From Octopus vulgaris (Eukaryota), in NCBI GenBank assembly GCA_951406725.2, contig OX597837.1:47864001-47928000 (forward strand): DNA of 64,000 nucleotides, given 5' to 3'. This document shows, one piece after another, positions 49,917 to 63,099 of this stretch; position 1 is the stretch's first letter, and every line of letters begins with the position of its first letter. The translations under genes were made by a program, and so were the position numbers. The notes beneath the pieces are model-generated. The model had not been told where the DNA came from. It was given only the letters and a program-made list of their open reading frames with translations, and searched no databases.

Positions 49917-51315
49917 GAATCAACCTAGCCAAAACCAAAGTCCTAATAAGTAGGAAGGTAGACCAATCAGGTAGATGGCCCTGCTCGATCTGTAAAAAAG
50001 GTGTAGGTAGAAACTCTATAAGGTGCACCAAGTGTAAGCTATGGACACATAAGAGGTGCAGCAATGTCAAAGGAAGGCTAACTAGGAAAATAGTTTCTGT
50101 CTGTGGCAGATGCTCAGGAGCAATAAACACTGAAAATGTGCAGAGACCAACTTCTACCACGTTCCAGGGAGAAAAACTAGAAGTAGTTGATAGCTTCCGC
50201 TACCTAGGTGACCAAGTCAGTAGCGGTGGTGGGTGTGCTGAAAGTGTAATTGCTAGAGTAAGAATTGTCTGGGCAAAGTTTAGAGAGCTCTTACCCCTGC
50301 TGGTGACAAAAGGCCTCTCGCTCAGAGTAAAAGGCAGACTGTGTGATGCATGTGTACGTACAGCCATGCTACATGAAACATGGGCTGTGACTGCTGAGGA
50401 TATGCGTAAGCTCGCAAGAAATGAAGCCAGTATGCTCTGATGGATGTGTAATGTCAGTGTTCATAATCGACAGAGTGTAAGTACCGTGAGAGAAAAGTTG
50501 GACCTGAGAAGCATCAGTTGTGGTGTGCAAGAGAGACGTTTGCGCTGGTATGGTCATGTGACGAGAATGGCTGAAGATAGTTGTGTGCAAAAGTGCCACA
50601 CCCTAGCAGTTGAGGGAACCTGTCGAAGAGGTAGACCCAGGAAAACCTGGGACGAGTTGGTGAAGCATGACCTTCGAACTTTAGGTCTCACCAAGGAAAT
50701 GACTAGAGACCGAGACCTATGGAAGTATGCTGTGCGTGAGAAGACCCGGCAAGACTAGTGAGACCATAACCCGTGGCCTCTACCTGGTATGTAGCCAGTC
50801 GACTTATACATACCTTTCCTTCTTGGGACACAAAAACTCCACTTGTGAAGACCCGTTGAGGCAAGTGAAAATCAAAATCAAACCAAATCAAATCAGATAG
50901 AAAGCAGAACCAAAATCGAAGTCGATCAACATCAATGGAAATTGCAGCTGTGATACCAGTGCCGGTGACAAGTAAGTGAACCATCCGATCGTGGCTGTTG
51001 CCAGCGCCGCCCCGACTGGCCTCCGTGCCGGTGGCACGTGAAAAGCACCATCCGTTCGTGGCCGTTGCCAGCTTCGCCTGGCCCCCATGCCAGTAGCACG
51101 TAAAAAGCACCATCCGTCCGTGGCCGCTTGGCACCTGTGGCACGTAAAAAGCACCCACTACACTCACGGAGTAGTTGGCGTTAGGAAGGGCATCCATCCG
51201 TAGAAACACTGCCAGATCAGACTGGGCCTGATGCAGCCTTCTGGCTTCACAGACCCCAGTTGAACCGTCCAACCCATGCTAGCATAGAAAGCGGACGCTA
51301 AATGATGATGATGAT
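49917..51315 (+). mobile_element. RTE LINE 5'-truncated copy (subfamily A) including the PHD finger
   Basis: NLAKTKVLI, WPCSICKKG...CGRC, FRYLG, RLRWYGHV, UTR repeats, (GAT)n tail. Confidence 0.93.
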
Positions 51316-51339
51316 ATATATATATATATATATATAATT

Positions 51340-51760
51340 CATAGATGAGAATCAGATATTCTTCATATAGAATACACCTAGTAGTGCTCAAAAGGTTTAA
51401 ACTTGAGTGGATACAGGAGTAGATGTAAAGATAAGCAAGTTAGGCTGGCCAATATACAAAGAATATTTAATATATTAAATACAAAAAATGCAAAAGATGT
51501 ATATATGTTTACATACAAAAAGGTCTGACTTGCACAGATTAGAAATGATATCAAGAATTAATGAAGTTGAAGAAAAGTGTTACAAATCCAACAGCTGTTT
51601 CTGGGAGCTCGGTGGTCCAAAACAATGATTGTAGATTGATTCCATCATCAGGTGAGATGAGCTTCCGTCTTCAGGGGACAAATGTTACATTTGAACACCT
51701 CAAACGTATCATATGCCTGCAGTGCACTGATGACACTACAGCAAAAGTTTTCCTTGTTAA
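51340..51760 (-). mobile_element. Probable Penelope-like pLTR remnant with a degenerate hammerhead
   Basis: Start similar to 5475-5560; minus strand CUGAUGAUGG...CCCAGAAACAGCUGUU at about 51586-51657. Confidence 0.5.
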
Positions 51761-51761
51761 G

Positions 51762-53280
51762 GATGATGATGAAGCGCCACCTTTCCAGCTGCTTTCTCCA
51801 CTTTTGCCGAACCACTTGTGATACTGTCCATCCATTGTGTTCTTTGCTGGCCTCTTAATCTAATGCCTACTACTCTTTCCATTATAAGGTTTCCCAAACC
51901 TTTACTTCTTCGAATATGGCCATAACAGAAGAGCTTTTGTTTTCTCACAATGTTCAGGAATGGTAGTCTTTCACCTACTTTTTGCAACACCCATTCATTG
52001 TCTGATAATCCTTGAAAGAGACTTGTAACATTCTCCTATATACTCACATTTCAAACGCATTGATTATATTCTTTCCAAATTTGTTCAGAGTCCATGCTTT
52101 GTAGCCATAAATGCATCTGGGCCAAATCACTTGTCTTGTTTTTAACTCGGGACAGTTTTTCTGGTGACAGAATTGTTGAAGTATCTTGGGTTCCAATTCA
52201 ACCTGTTTGAGCTCTTTCAGGGCCCGGTTTGAAGTTAATGTCTACTTTCTCTTTTCTTACTACAATCACTTTTCTTATGGTTGAGATAAAGACTGTACAT
52301 ATTTGATACTTTCTTCACTCTGTCATTTCTTGTAGTCTAGCTTCAGTCTTGGCAAGTAGAACAGCTTTGTCTGCCTACTTTATTATATTAGAAATATACA
52401 AGTGATGTGTTTTGATGGCCATCTTCTTCCTCTATTGCCTCTCTTACTCTCCACTCAGTGTAAATGTTGAACAAGCATGAAGAAAGAAGAATACAGCCCT
52501 GATGAACTCCTTTCTCAGTTTTCAACTTTCCTCTCTTCTCATTATTTACTCAGATTCAGGACTTTTGCTGAATGAAGAGTTGCTTGATGAGCCTAATGAG
52601 GTATTTTGGAATATGGCTATAGTTTGCATAGTCAAAGACCTTTCTGTAATCAATTTAGCAAAAGGAAGTTGTGTGCTCTAGTTTTTTCTAAAATTGCTTG
52701 GAGATAATGCAGATGATTTCTTGTGCCACATCTACTCGTCCAGCCTGCCTATTCTTTAGCTGATTTTTTATTGATTAAAAGTAGTTCACTTGCATGTGGT
52801 ACCAGAGTGACTGTTCAATAATTCTCACACATAAACAGGTCTCCCCCTTTTGTGTATAGGTACATATTCTACTCTGCACCAATCTGGCAGCCACACTTCC
52901 TCTCTCCAGATCTTTCAGCAGAGGTTATAGAGTATTGTTTTGGAACTCTCCTGTAACCTTGATCATTTCAATTGGTACTGCAGCTAAACCTGGTGCTTTC
53001 CCATTTTTAAAAATCTTTTCCAGAGCTCTTTCTACCTCTCTTCTTAGTGCTTCGGGTTTTTTTTGCTCATACCCTAAATTTTTGTCAACCATGGCAACCC
53101 TTGGATCACTTTCATACAATTTCTTGGTGTATTCTAACCATCTTTGCTTTACCGGTTGTGCTACTGTTAGGACTATTCTCTCTTGATACTCAGTGTCTTT
53201 GTAGTATGTTCTCTTTTGAGTTCCTTCACCTGTTGGAAACGAGTTGTTGGGTTTTGCTTGTTCTTTTAGATTTTCACATA
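51762..53280 (-). mobile_element. Degraded RTE/BovB-like LINE (different family)
   Basis: NGKAPG..VPIEMIK and QKLFCYGHIRR..GLGNLIME...RG..RTQWMDSI; short (CAT)n tail. Confidence 0.75.
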
Positions 53281-53373
53281 AATTAGTTATGTAATTGTCT
53301 CACAATGGGACTGAACCCAAACCACAAACATCTTGTAGCACCAGCACTGGTGCTTTTTACATATCCGTTTGAA

Positions 53374-53424
<51 letters not shown>

Positions 53425-53449
53425 TGCACACACATACAAACATACATGC

Positions 53450-54688
53450 ACACAGACTGGCTGTCCCCCTGAAAATGTATCTGCATTTTAACCATTGGCA
53501 ACGCAATTTTCATTTCTTTTGAGATTTAACTCATTAGAAATAATGAAGGAAGCCAGACTAAGCTTTGAACAAAGGAAATTTATCTTAATGAGCTACTAGA
53601 AGTTTGAAAATGCAGTTGATGTGCAAAGACATTTTCAGAGGAAATTTCAAACAGAAACTTACCATCACTCAAACTAGAGATAAATTTAAAGTAGATTTAA
53701 CTGTTCAGAAAGGCCACACACAAAAAAAAAAAAAAAACAAACATTCTGGAAGACTGTAGATATTGATGAGCCCCACAGAACAGGAAATGATATCAGAAAT
53801 GTATTGCCAGAGTTTGAGAAAACTGTGACAAGCAAGTTGTGAGAAAGGAGTTTCAGAACCAAGCATCTGTTGCATTTTGAAGTACTGTCATCAGAAAAGT
53901 TACATTCCAAGATTAGTCCAGGCTCTCATTGATGTGAACTGGACTGAAGAGTGGAACTTTGCTGGAGAGTATGCAACTTCTACCACCTTTTACAAAGGTT
54001 GTTTGGAGTGATTAGACTACATTTACATTAAATGGCTCAATTAACCACACTATCACACCTACTGGGGACTTGAGAATCTGCACATAATTTACCAGAAGTA
54101 GAGTGTAGTTTATCATCAAAAGGATTAATTGGACCATTTTATCTTAACGGAACTGTGACTGGTTACATTTACTTGAACTTGCTGTGACAATCTGTTGTAC
54201 CAAGCATTCAAAAGAACTTTGAAGATGTGGAGATTTATTTCTAGCAAAATGGGGTACCTCTACACTACCATAGTATTGTAAGTGCCTATCTTGATGAGAT
54301 TTTGCCAAACAGGTAGTTTGAGTGAATGTGATCAGTATAATACCATCCATGTTCACTTGACTTCATACCCTTAGACTTTTTTTTTTATGAGAATTCTTAA
54401 ATTTCACAACATGAAACTGGTAACAGTTGACAACTGGAGAGCAGCCATTGAATGAGCGTACACATAAGTATCAAATGAAATATCTCCTGATGTTTGCCAT
54501 TCCATTGCTTAATATTATCAGCAGGACCTATACCAGAATGGTCAGCAGTTTGAAAACAAGTATTCATAAAAAAGATTTATTTCTCTTTTTGTAGATTCTA
54601 TTAAATTTTGAATATAAATGTATTTTAAGAACACTGATTTTTTAGTCATTTAATGTGTGTATATATTTATTTGGAACATCCTCTGTGT
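53450..54688 (+). mobile_element. Highly degraded Tc1/mariner-superfamily element
   Basis: Frameshifted remnants resembling WSDEATF.LNGS.N and SPDL.PLDFF motifs; about 1.2 kb; TIRs only weakly similar. Confidence 0.5.
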
Positions 54689-54922
54689 GGGCGTGTGTGT
54701 GTACTTATACATGTGTGTGTGTGTGTTTGTGCTCAATTTCCATCTACCAGATTCTACTCACATGGCCTTAGTCAACCTAAGTGTATGGTAGAGAAGTAGA
54801 ATCAAACCTGGAATTGTGGTTGCAAAGGGAGTTTCTCAACTGTGTTGTTATGCCTTTGTGACTGATACTATTGTTGCTTGCTTGCTGCTGCTGCTACTAC
54901 TACTACTCTTTTACTTGTTTAG

Positions 54923-55066
54923 GATGTTTGGTATGGTAGTTGAACGTCTATATGTCATAGATCTTCAGAAAGTCTCTGGCAACATTGAAAGGAAGATCTG
55001 TGCTTTGGGTGTGACAAAACTTCTCACTGAAGCACCAGTATTTCTGACGACTTATGAATCACTTTG
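54923..55066 (+). CDS. CSE1L: Exportin-2 exon r
   Basis: tag|GATGTTT...CTTTG|gtaagt; MFGMVVERLYVIDLQKVSGNIERKICALGVTKLLTEAPVFLTTYESLW. Confidence 0.95.
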
Positions 55067-55439
55067 GTAAGTAACATTTACTCATGATGATGTTGATGTG
55101 AGGCAGGTTCTGAACCAAAATCTGTAATTTGCCCATGTTGACCATTGTTCTTTTGTTGTCATTGTCCTTCTCTTTGTCACCAAAAATGAGTTACGGTATT
55201 TCTACTAAGTCTCTTTGTCCTGAGGTTAACTTTACTATTAACTACTAGGAAGGTGGGGATCAACAGTCAGATGTCTCACCTCAAAATTTGTGTAATGAAT
55301 CATTATATAAGTACCAGTCATGTATTGGGCTGATGGTATCAACTAACCCCCTCCTCTCAAAATGACTAGCCTTCTGCCTAAACTCAAAACAATTATTACT
55401 GCTGTTGCTGCCGCCGCCGCCACCACCACTACTACTAAG

Positions 55440-55655
55440 GCAGTAAGCCAGCAGAATTGTTAGCATGCAGGGTAAAATGCTTAGCTGTATTTCATCTGTT
55501 TTCACATTCTGAGTTCAAATTCTGCCAAGATTAACTTTGCCTTTCACCCTTTTGGGGTTAATAGAGTGCCAGTTAAATACTGGGGTCGAAGTAATCAACT
55601 ATCCCACTCCCCACAAATTTTAGGCCTTATGCCTTTAGTAGAAAGGATTATTTTT
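55440..55655 (+). mobile_element. tRNA-derived SINE family 2
   Basis: ttctgagttcaaat (B-box-like)...aactttgcctttca.cc...tactggggtc...ggcctt.tgcc, (ATT)n tail; further copies at about 18710-18890, 27080-27300, 37690-37880, 56380-56492, 58665-58860, 58890-59125. Confidence 0.7.
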
Positions 55656-56492
55656 ATTACTGCTACTTTGACACACAGTGTAGATGCAAAATGCATGGGA
55701 GTATTTAATCATTTTGCAAGTTATAACAAAGACCGCATACAGAGAATATTGCCTTAAAATGTGAACAGTACCTTGCAAGGTTGATTTTTGTATGACACAA
55801 ATCTTGCATGATATTCCCAGCTGTTTTGAGAAGACTTGAAGTTTCAACAGGACTGAGCTTAATGCTTAACTGGTATCTCTCATTATTACTTCCGCCTTAG
55901 CAAAGGCAGAGGTATTGTTTTCAGTTGTGTTTGTTTGTTTGTTTGTCCGTGAACCAGATATCTCAAGAACCACTGGATGGATTCAGATGAAACTTTTGGA
56001 GATGTTTGGCCTTGTGACTGGCACAAACTGATTAGATTTTGGGATTCTGGATTATTTGTTATATTTACTTTACATGATAATGATCTGACATTAACTTTCA
56101 AGTTTTCTCAATTTTTTCCTTTTAGGCTGTAACTATTTGAATGGGGAATTTGTTAACTTTGGCTTGTCTTAGATAAGGATAAACTATTTATTATTGTTAC
56201 TAAATTTTCTACTGCGACCTTCACATTCCAAGACTACTATTAGGTACTGGACAAGAATTCAAGATTATTTTTACATTTTTCTTTTACTTAATTTTTTAGG
56301 GCGGTCAGGCTCATTTTTAGTATTCTAGTTTGTGAGAGCAGTCGAGTTTATTTCAGATATTTTCATTTTTAAAATCATCTTTGGCTAATCATTGTGAGTA
56401 CCAGTTGAGTGCTGGGATCAATATAATCGACTATCCCCCTCCCCCAAATTTCAAGTCTTGTGCCTATAGTAGAAAGGATTATTATTATTATT

Positions 56493-58627
56493 GCCTTTGC
56501 ACAGCTTCTAATGCTGGAGATGTACTACGGTGTCAGCTCTTCACTTCACTACCAGTGAATTAAGGTAACACCTCTTATTTTTCGAGCACCTTCCAGAGTA
56601 TTCGAGTGGTTCCAAGCAGTGCTGTTTTCTGCAAGTGCTTCACCCTTATTGCAGCCCGTATTTGTTCCACATACTTCTTGAGATTTTTGGTCACTGTTCC
56701 CAGGTCTCTGACAATTATTGGTACCACTACTACCTTTTTCATCGACCACAACTGCTTAACTTCCCAAGCTAACCTGTCATATCTCTTGACTTTTCTTTCT
56801 TCCTTATCGCACACCTTGTTGTCAGCTGGGCATGGTATATCTATGATCCAGCATAGTTTGCTTTCTTTATTAATTAAGACTACGTCTGGCTTCCTATTCT
56901 CTGTCTCATGGTCGCACTGAATCATAAAATCCCATAGGATCTTTGCATTTCCATTTTTGACGATGCCTTTAGGCTTGTGGTCATACCAATTTTTTGCTCT
57001 GTCAAGTCCATACTTGTAGCAAACTGTCCAATGGACAAGCCTGGCTATATTGTCATGGCATCTCTTATATTCCTTCAGGGTTAGTGGCATACATTGGCTG
57101 GTAATATGCCATACGGTTTCACTGTTTTGTCCACAGATTCTGCACTTATCACTTTCTGCTGTGTTGTCTATTCTGTATTTTATGTAGTTTGTTCTTAGTG
57201 CTTGCTCTTGGGCAGCACTGATTAGAGCCTCCATTTCTGGTTTTAAATCACTTTTAGTCATCCACAGCCATCTTTTTTCTCTGTCTTTCTTATCTTCAAC
57301 ATCCCTATGAAATTGACCATGCATTCTTTTCTTTACCCACCTATTTTCAATTTCATTCGTTTTTAATTTCTTGTATTGTACTTTGCAATCTTTCATCCTA
57401 CCCAAGCCTGACCTTCCTACTTCTAATAATAGCGGTTCTGTGGCATTATTTACATACCATGCTATGTTGTTTTCTTCTGCTCTAATGCTGTGTTCACATC
57501 CAATAAATCCTCTTCCTCCTCTTTTTCTTGGTACTTACAGTCTGTCTGTGTCACTTTTTTGTGTAGAGTGACCCATATCTAGTTAGCAACTTCCTTGTCT
57601 TTTTGTCAAAGCTGTCTAGTTCGTCTACTGTCCATGCGATTACTCCTGCTCCATATCTAAGGAGTGAAACTGCCCAGGTGTTGATAGCTTCGATCTTATT
57701 CCGCCTGTTTAATTTCGACTTAAGGATCAGTCTCAGTCTGCGCAAGTACTCCACCTTAAATTTTTCTGTAATTTCTTTCTCCATCAATTTATCCATTTCC
57801 ATAATCCCCAAGTACTTATAGCCTGTCTGCTTCATAACCTCCCCCAACGGTATCGCACTGATATCAGCACTGAAAGTAGACACTGTATCAACGAGGGAAC
57901 TGACTTGGGCTTCATCTTTACCATAAAGTTTGAGGTCATCCATGAATAACAAATGGTTGACTTTTTGTTGGCGGCTTTTGAATACATACCCAACTTTTGC
58001 TTTCCTCAGAATCAGTGTTAGTGGTATCAAGCACAGTACAAAGATCAGTGGAGACAGGCAGTCCCCATGGAAGATACCCCTCCTAATTTCTACTGTCCCT
58101 AAACTTCTTCCGTATGCTGTCAGGTCCGTCCTCCAATTCGCCATACTTTTTCCAAGTAATCACTCAACATTTGCTGCAATACCAAATAGATTCATACATT
58201 CCATTATCCAAGAGTGTAGGGGCATATCGTACACCTTAAGATAGTTAACCCATGACATGGCTAAGTTACTTTTCCTCCTTTTGCAGTCTCTTAAGTACAG
58301 TTTTGTCTACTAAGAGTTGATCCTTGGTACCTCTACACTTATGCTTGCAACCCTTCTGCTTGTGTGGCAGGACTCCATTTTTCCCCAGATGTTCGTACAT
58401 TGACTCTGCGAGTATTCCAGTCAATAACTTCCACATAAGTGGCAAACAAGATATCAGCCTGTAATTGTCTACCGTATTGTCTTTCTCGAGGTTTTTCAGG
58501 CACAGCCCTGTCCTACCCCATGTAAACCACTCCGGCTTTACTTGTTTGGCATTTAATAAGGTGTTGAGTTGCGCAGCTATTCGTGCATGACATTCATAAA
58601 ATCTTTTGATCCTGTAGCTTTGAATGC

Positions 58628-58628
<1 letters not shown>
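56493..58628 (-). mobile_element. R4/Dong-like RLE-type non-LTR retrotransposon, 5'-truncated and frameshifted
   Basis: RT motifs NYRLISCL, QKGC, RGIFHGDCLSP, HLLFMDDLKLY, YKYLG; CCHC CRICx8Hx4C; RLE RKPD...IID...K..RY; flanked by (ATT)5 and (ATT)12. Confidence 0.92.
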
Positions 58629-58664
<36 letters not shown>

Positions 58665-59152
58665 GCAAATTGGCAGAATTATTGACACCTCAGGCAAAAT
58701 GCTTAGAAGTATTTTGTCCATCTATATGTTCTGAGTTCAAATTCCGTTGATATTGCCCTTTCATCCCTTTTGGGTTTGATAAAATAAGTACCAGCAAAGT
58801 ACTGGGGTAATCAACTATCCCCCTCCACCGAAATTGCTGCCTTGTGCCAAAATTTGAAACTATTACTACTACTATTGTTGTTGTTGTTAAGGGCAGTCAG
58901 TTGGAAGACTCATTAGAGTCTTGGTCAAAATGCCTTGTGTTTCTTCCTACTCTTTGTGTTTTGTCTTCAGATTCCATGAGGTCAACGTTTCTCTTTTCCT
59001 TTCATCATTCTGCGCTATGTATAACAAAATACATTATCAGTCAAAAAACTGGGGTCAAATTTAATCAAATGCCCCCACCCCCACTTGAAATTACTGACCT
59101 TGTATCTAGATTAGAAATTATTATTAATACTTCAATTATTGTTGTTATGTAG

Positions 59153-59250
59153 GGCCAGTCTACTTCAAGCACTGTTGAGTTTATTTGAATTGCCAGAAGA
59201 TGAGTCCATTCCAGAAGATGAACATTTCATTGAAATTGATGATACACCTG
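59153..59250 (+). CDS. CSE1L: Exportin-2 exon s (gene continues beyond window)
   Basis: tag|GGCCAGT...CCTG|gtaact; ASLLQALLSLFELPEDESIPEDEHFIEIDDTP. Confidence 0.95.
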
Positions 59251-59994
59251 GTAACTTTTTTATTTTTTTTTATTTTATCCATTGTTTCTAACCACGGACT
59301 GGATACTTCTTCCCTCTTCACCTTGTGCTGTTTGTCAAGTGGAATAAGTGCTTATGTGTTGGCAATAAAAGATCTCTCCCTGTATGCAAAACCGTATACT
59401 GAATGAAGAAGTGTGATCTTTCATGCACTGCAGTGAAACATAGTTGTTGAGTGTGGAGAACTTAGGGTAGCTTGAGGGATGCCTAAATGTTAGACATGTA
59501 TGAAAGATGTAGCAGACAATTGAACTGCAAGAGAATGCATGATTGAGTATTAAAGGTATTGGCTGATGTTTGTAGAAGAGATGAGTGTGTTGGTGTGACC
59601 TGTTAGTAGAAATGTTAGCCTAACTGCAAAGTGAATGCAAATAAGGTAGATGAGTGATTAGATGATTTAAGTGAGTTTTACCATTGACCCCTTTTAATAT
59701 GCTTATCCTTATGTGTATATATATTGTATATATAAAATTTTGAATTTAATTCATGGACCTTCAATATTACCTTTGGGAACCACTGGATTAGATGTTGTAC
59801 GTACAACAGATGGTGTATGTACTGGAGAACTGTAATGATTAGTTGAATGTATAAATGTTAAGCTGAAAGACAGATTGGTCATGCAAGTGAATTGTGAGAT
59901 CAGCTGAATATTAAAGACGTCCTCTGATATATTTTGTAGTGATGACTATGATGATATGGATATATGGTGTGAAGGAATGAGTGCTGAGTATTAA

Positions 59995-61195
59995 CCCTTT
60001 TGTTACCAACTCACTGGTAGACCCCAAAAATGATTTTGCTTAATGTTACCAAACTACCCATAGCCACCCAAAATGACCTATTCATATTTAAGTAAGAATT
60101 TCAGTGCAAATCTCATTTGTACATTTGTGAAAACATGTGGTTTTTACTATGTAAACAATTAAATTACAGATTTTTTTTCTTCCAAATTTTTTACATTTCA
60201 ATTTTCTGAAATTTTTCATTATGGACAAAAATTGGATACCAGTTTTATGTTGTCTAGCAGTGAGTTTGAATTTGAAGGATTTTCAAAAGAAGACAGAAAA
60301 ACCTAGCAAAGTATATGGCATACATAAAAATATGTATGATTATAAATTGAGTATTTCCGAAAGTGAAACAATTCTGACAAAAGTTCCAGTGCCAAAAAAA
60401 AAATGTATTTCTGCCTGAATTTAGTAAGATTTAAAAAACTTTTCTCATAGTTATTTTTAGGAAGATATTAGATCTAGCCAATCTTTTCAAAGAAACAAAA
60501 CTGTTAGATTGCTTTTTGTTAATTCTCCTTTGAAGTGATTGTTATGCAGAACATAAAGATAGTTTGAGGTTTCCTATGTGCTTGGAAGAAATCCATGCAT
60601 TTTTGGGAATATTGTGTGTATGTGTATATACATACATTTGTGTGTAGGTATTTAAAAAAAAAATTACCTAGTTCTTTTTTATTTATCTGTAAGATGTGTT
60701 ACAAATTTTGATCAATTTGTATTGTGAATCATTATTATATTTGTTTCTATGTATTTATATATGCATGTGAGTTTATTTTATTTACTTGATGGCATGAATT
60801 TCATTTCCAAGTTTTCTTCAAAAGATAAATTCTAGTATTGTGTTCTGTTTTACCTTTTTGTGTACCTGTCGTAAGTGAATTTTGTTCAACTGATAGTTAG
60901 TCCAATAATTTGCACAATTTTCTTCTTTTATTAAAATTTTGTTGTATAACTTATTGAATATCAGCAAAAAATTCAATTTCTATGCTAATATTTAAACAAA
61001 AGTTAATGATTTTATATTCTGTTGAATTTATCTGTAATTAAATTTGCTTTGAGACAAAAATAATGCAATAGACCTTTTGTTAAATTGTGCTCCAAAATTC
61101 ACATTATTATGTTAATAAATGTAAAAGCGTTGTTTTATAATTGAAACTCATAGGGGAATGGGGTTATTTTGGTTATAAATATAGTAAAAGAAGGG
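59995..61195. mobile_element. Non-autonomous piggyBac-like element (1201 bp)
   Basis: TTAA (59991-59994)-CCCTTTTGTTAC ... GTAAAAGAAGGG-TTAA (61196-61199); imperfect TIRs, AT-rich interior with no long ORF. Confidence 0.75.
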
Positions 61196-61679
61196 TTAAA
61201 AACAACAATTGGTGTATGTAGATGTGACTGATGTTATGGTCATGTGATATGAATGGAAAGTGGACTGTTGAACGAGAAAGTGCTATGGTGAGAACCACTG
61301 AGAAAATTGTTGCATGGCACAAGAACATCAATTGAAGACATATGGAGGAGGTGTGATAAGTTGGGATCTCAGGATGTTCTGACCTCACTGTTGAGATGAT
61401 GAAAATACAAGCAGTGATATGTGTAAGACATGCCAACATGGAGAAATGACTGTTAAAATAACCAAAAGGAGCGTGGAGATGTTAAATGAAATATTGAAAA
61501 ATTATCTGAGGAAATCACTGGTACCAGTGATGCTCTGCATCAATGCCCGCATGACATCTAATGGTCAAATTGCCCAGTCTTTGTAGTTGTAAAGAAGCAA
61601 CATAGTTTGGTGTAGTTCACAGATAGCTGTAGATTATAGGTGCAATTGCCTCCTGTTGTATTAGAAGATACAATTAGGC

Positions 61680-61965
61680 CTCATTAGAAGCAATGACCAA
61701 AACCTTCAGCATTATGTCGTGCTTGAGAAAACGCATCAAGCTGAACAAAATTGCAATCATGACAGATATCAGTGCCATGCAAATGACACCTGTGCCGGTG
61801 GCATGTAAAAGCACCCATTACACTCTCGGAGTGGTTGGCATTAGGAAAGGTATGCAGCTGTAGAAAACCATGCCACATCAGACTAAAGTCTGGTGCAGCA
61901 TGTCAGCTCAGTCAATCTTTCCAACCCATGCAATGCATGGACAACAGACATTAAGTGATGATGAG
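61680..61965 (+). mobile_element. RTE-related 3' tail fragment
   Basis: gtgccggtggcatgtaaaagcaccc...gagtggttggcattaggaa...gatgatgag. Confidence 0.75.
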
Positions 61966-63099
61966 GATGAATCTCAGAGCTGTTTGTATAATGCTAATAT
62001 CTATAATCATTTCACTTGTTCATGTAAAGGAAAAAGAAATGGATCTCTGTCAGGTTCAACTCTTGGTTAGAGGAGATAGGACAGCAACCACAACCCTTTT
62101 AAGGGCTCCTATAACTTGTGGGAGGAAGTCTTCTTCAAACTAGAGACATGGCCCAAAACTTGTAGTAGGCTGAACTCTGCTAAAGGCACCCAAGGACTAG
62201 ATTGTTGGACTGCAGATTGTCTTGGAACAATCTCATTGAAAAAATCTACAATTATCATCTACCAATTTTCAACCCAATGATGTAAAAGACACTTGTCCAT
62301 GATGCTACGGCAGTTTTCGGTTTTATTCCACCTTAAGATTTCTCTTAGGTTATATTATTTTATTTGGCTTTTCTTTGAGTAAGAGAGAATATAATGATTC
62401 AACGTCACTTATACTAAAGTGTTATCATTATACCTAAAACCCTAACTACAGTTATAACGTCATAGAGATATATACGCATGAAATGCTATATTCATGACAT
62501 GTATGTATAATATTTTCTTCGTGTCCTTTTAAACCACTATAAGAAACATAAATTAAAGATTACAGAAATGCATATTTATTTATGCTCAGTTGAAAAACAA
62601 ACGTGAAGAGAAACATTTTCTTTTAATTAGTTTTTATTATATAAATATAACATTTTATATTATTTACAGTAGGAAAGAACTTTGTCGTGAAGAAGATCGA
62701 CTATAAATTCATTAACTAATTTCTTCTTTTCTAACTAATAATTTAACCTACAAATCAAAATAGATTTGTGATTAACTCTAGACATGGCATGAAAATTACC
62801 GATGTCTCAAAAGAGTGTGTCGTGGAGTTAAGTGACATCCAAACAACACTAAAGTTTTTTCCCCAAATCCAGGGTTTTTATAACTGCTCAACTTGACTAA
62901 AAAGAATCGAAATTCAGGACAAATATTCTTTACGAAACTTTTAGAATCTTTATATGAGCAGTTATATTATTTAATGGGAAAAAACGAAAATGATAATTCT
63001 TCGGCAAAGACATGTCATATTGCGAATTCGCGCCACATTTCAAAATGGCTAAAATGGTTATTGCTACAATGCCATGGGATTGAAGCCAAGGCCAAGCAA

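Noticed and set aside
49210-51315. Twin-priming inversion (head-to-head RTE pieces at about 49900)
   Set aside because: The minus piece is far more diverged and has its own 3' tail, so these are two independent insertions
55440-55560. tRNA gene (B-box-like gagttcaaat)
   Set aside because: No cloverleaf; it is a multicopy degenerate SINE head
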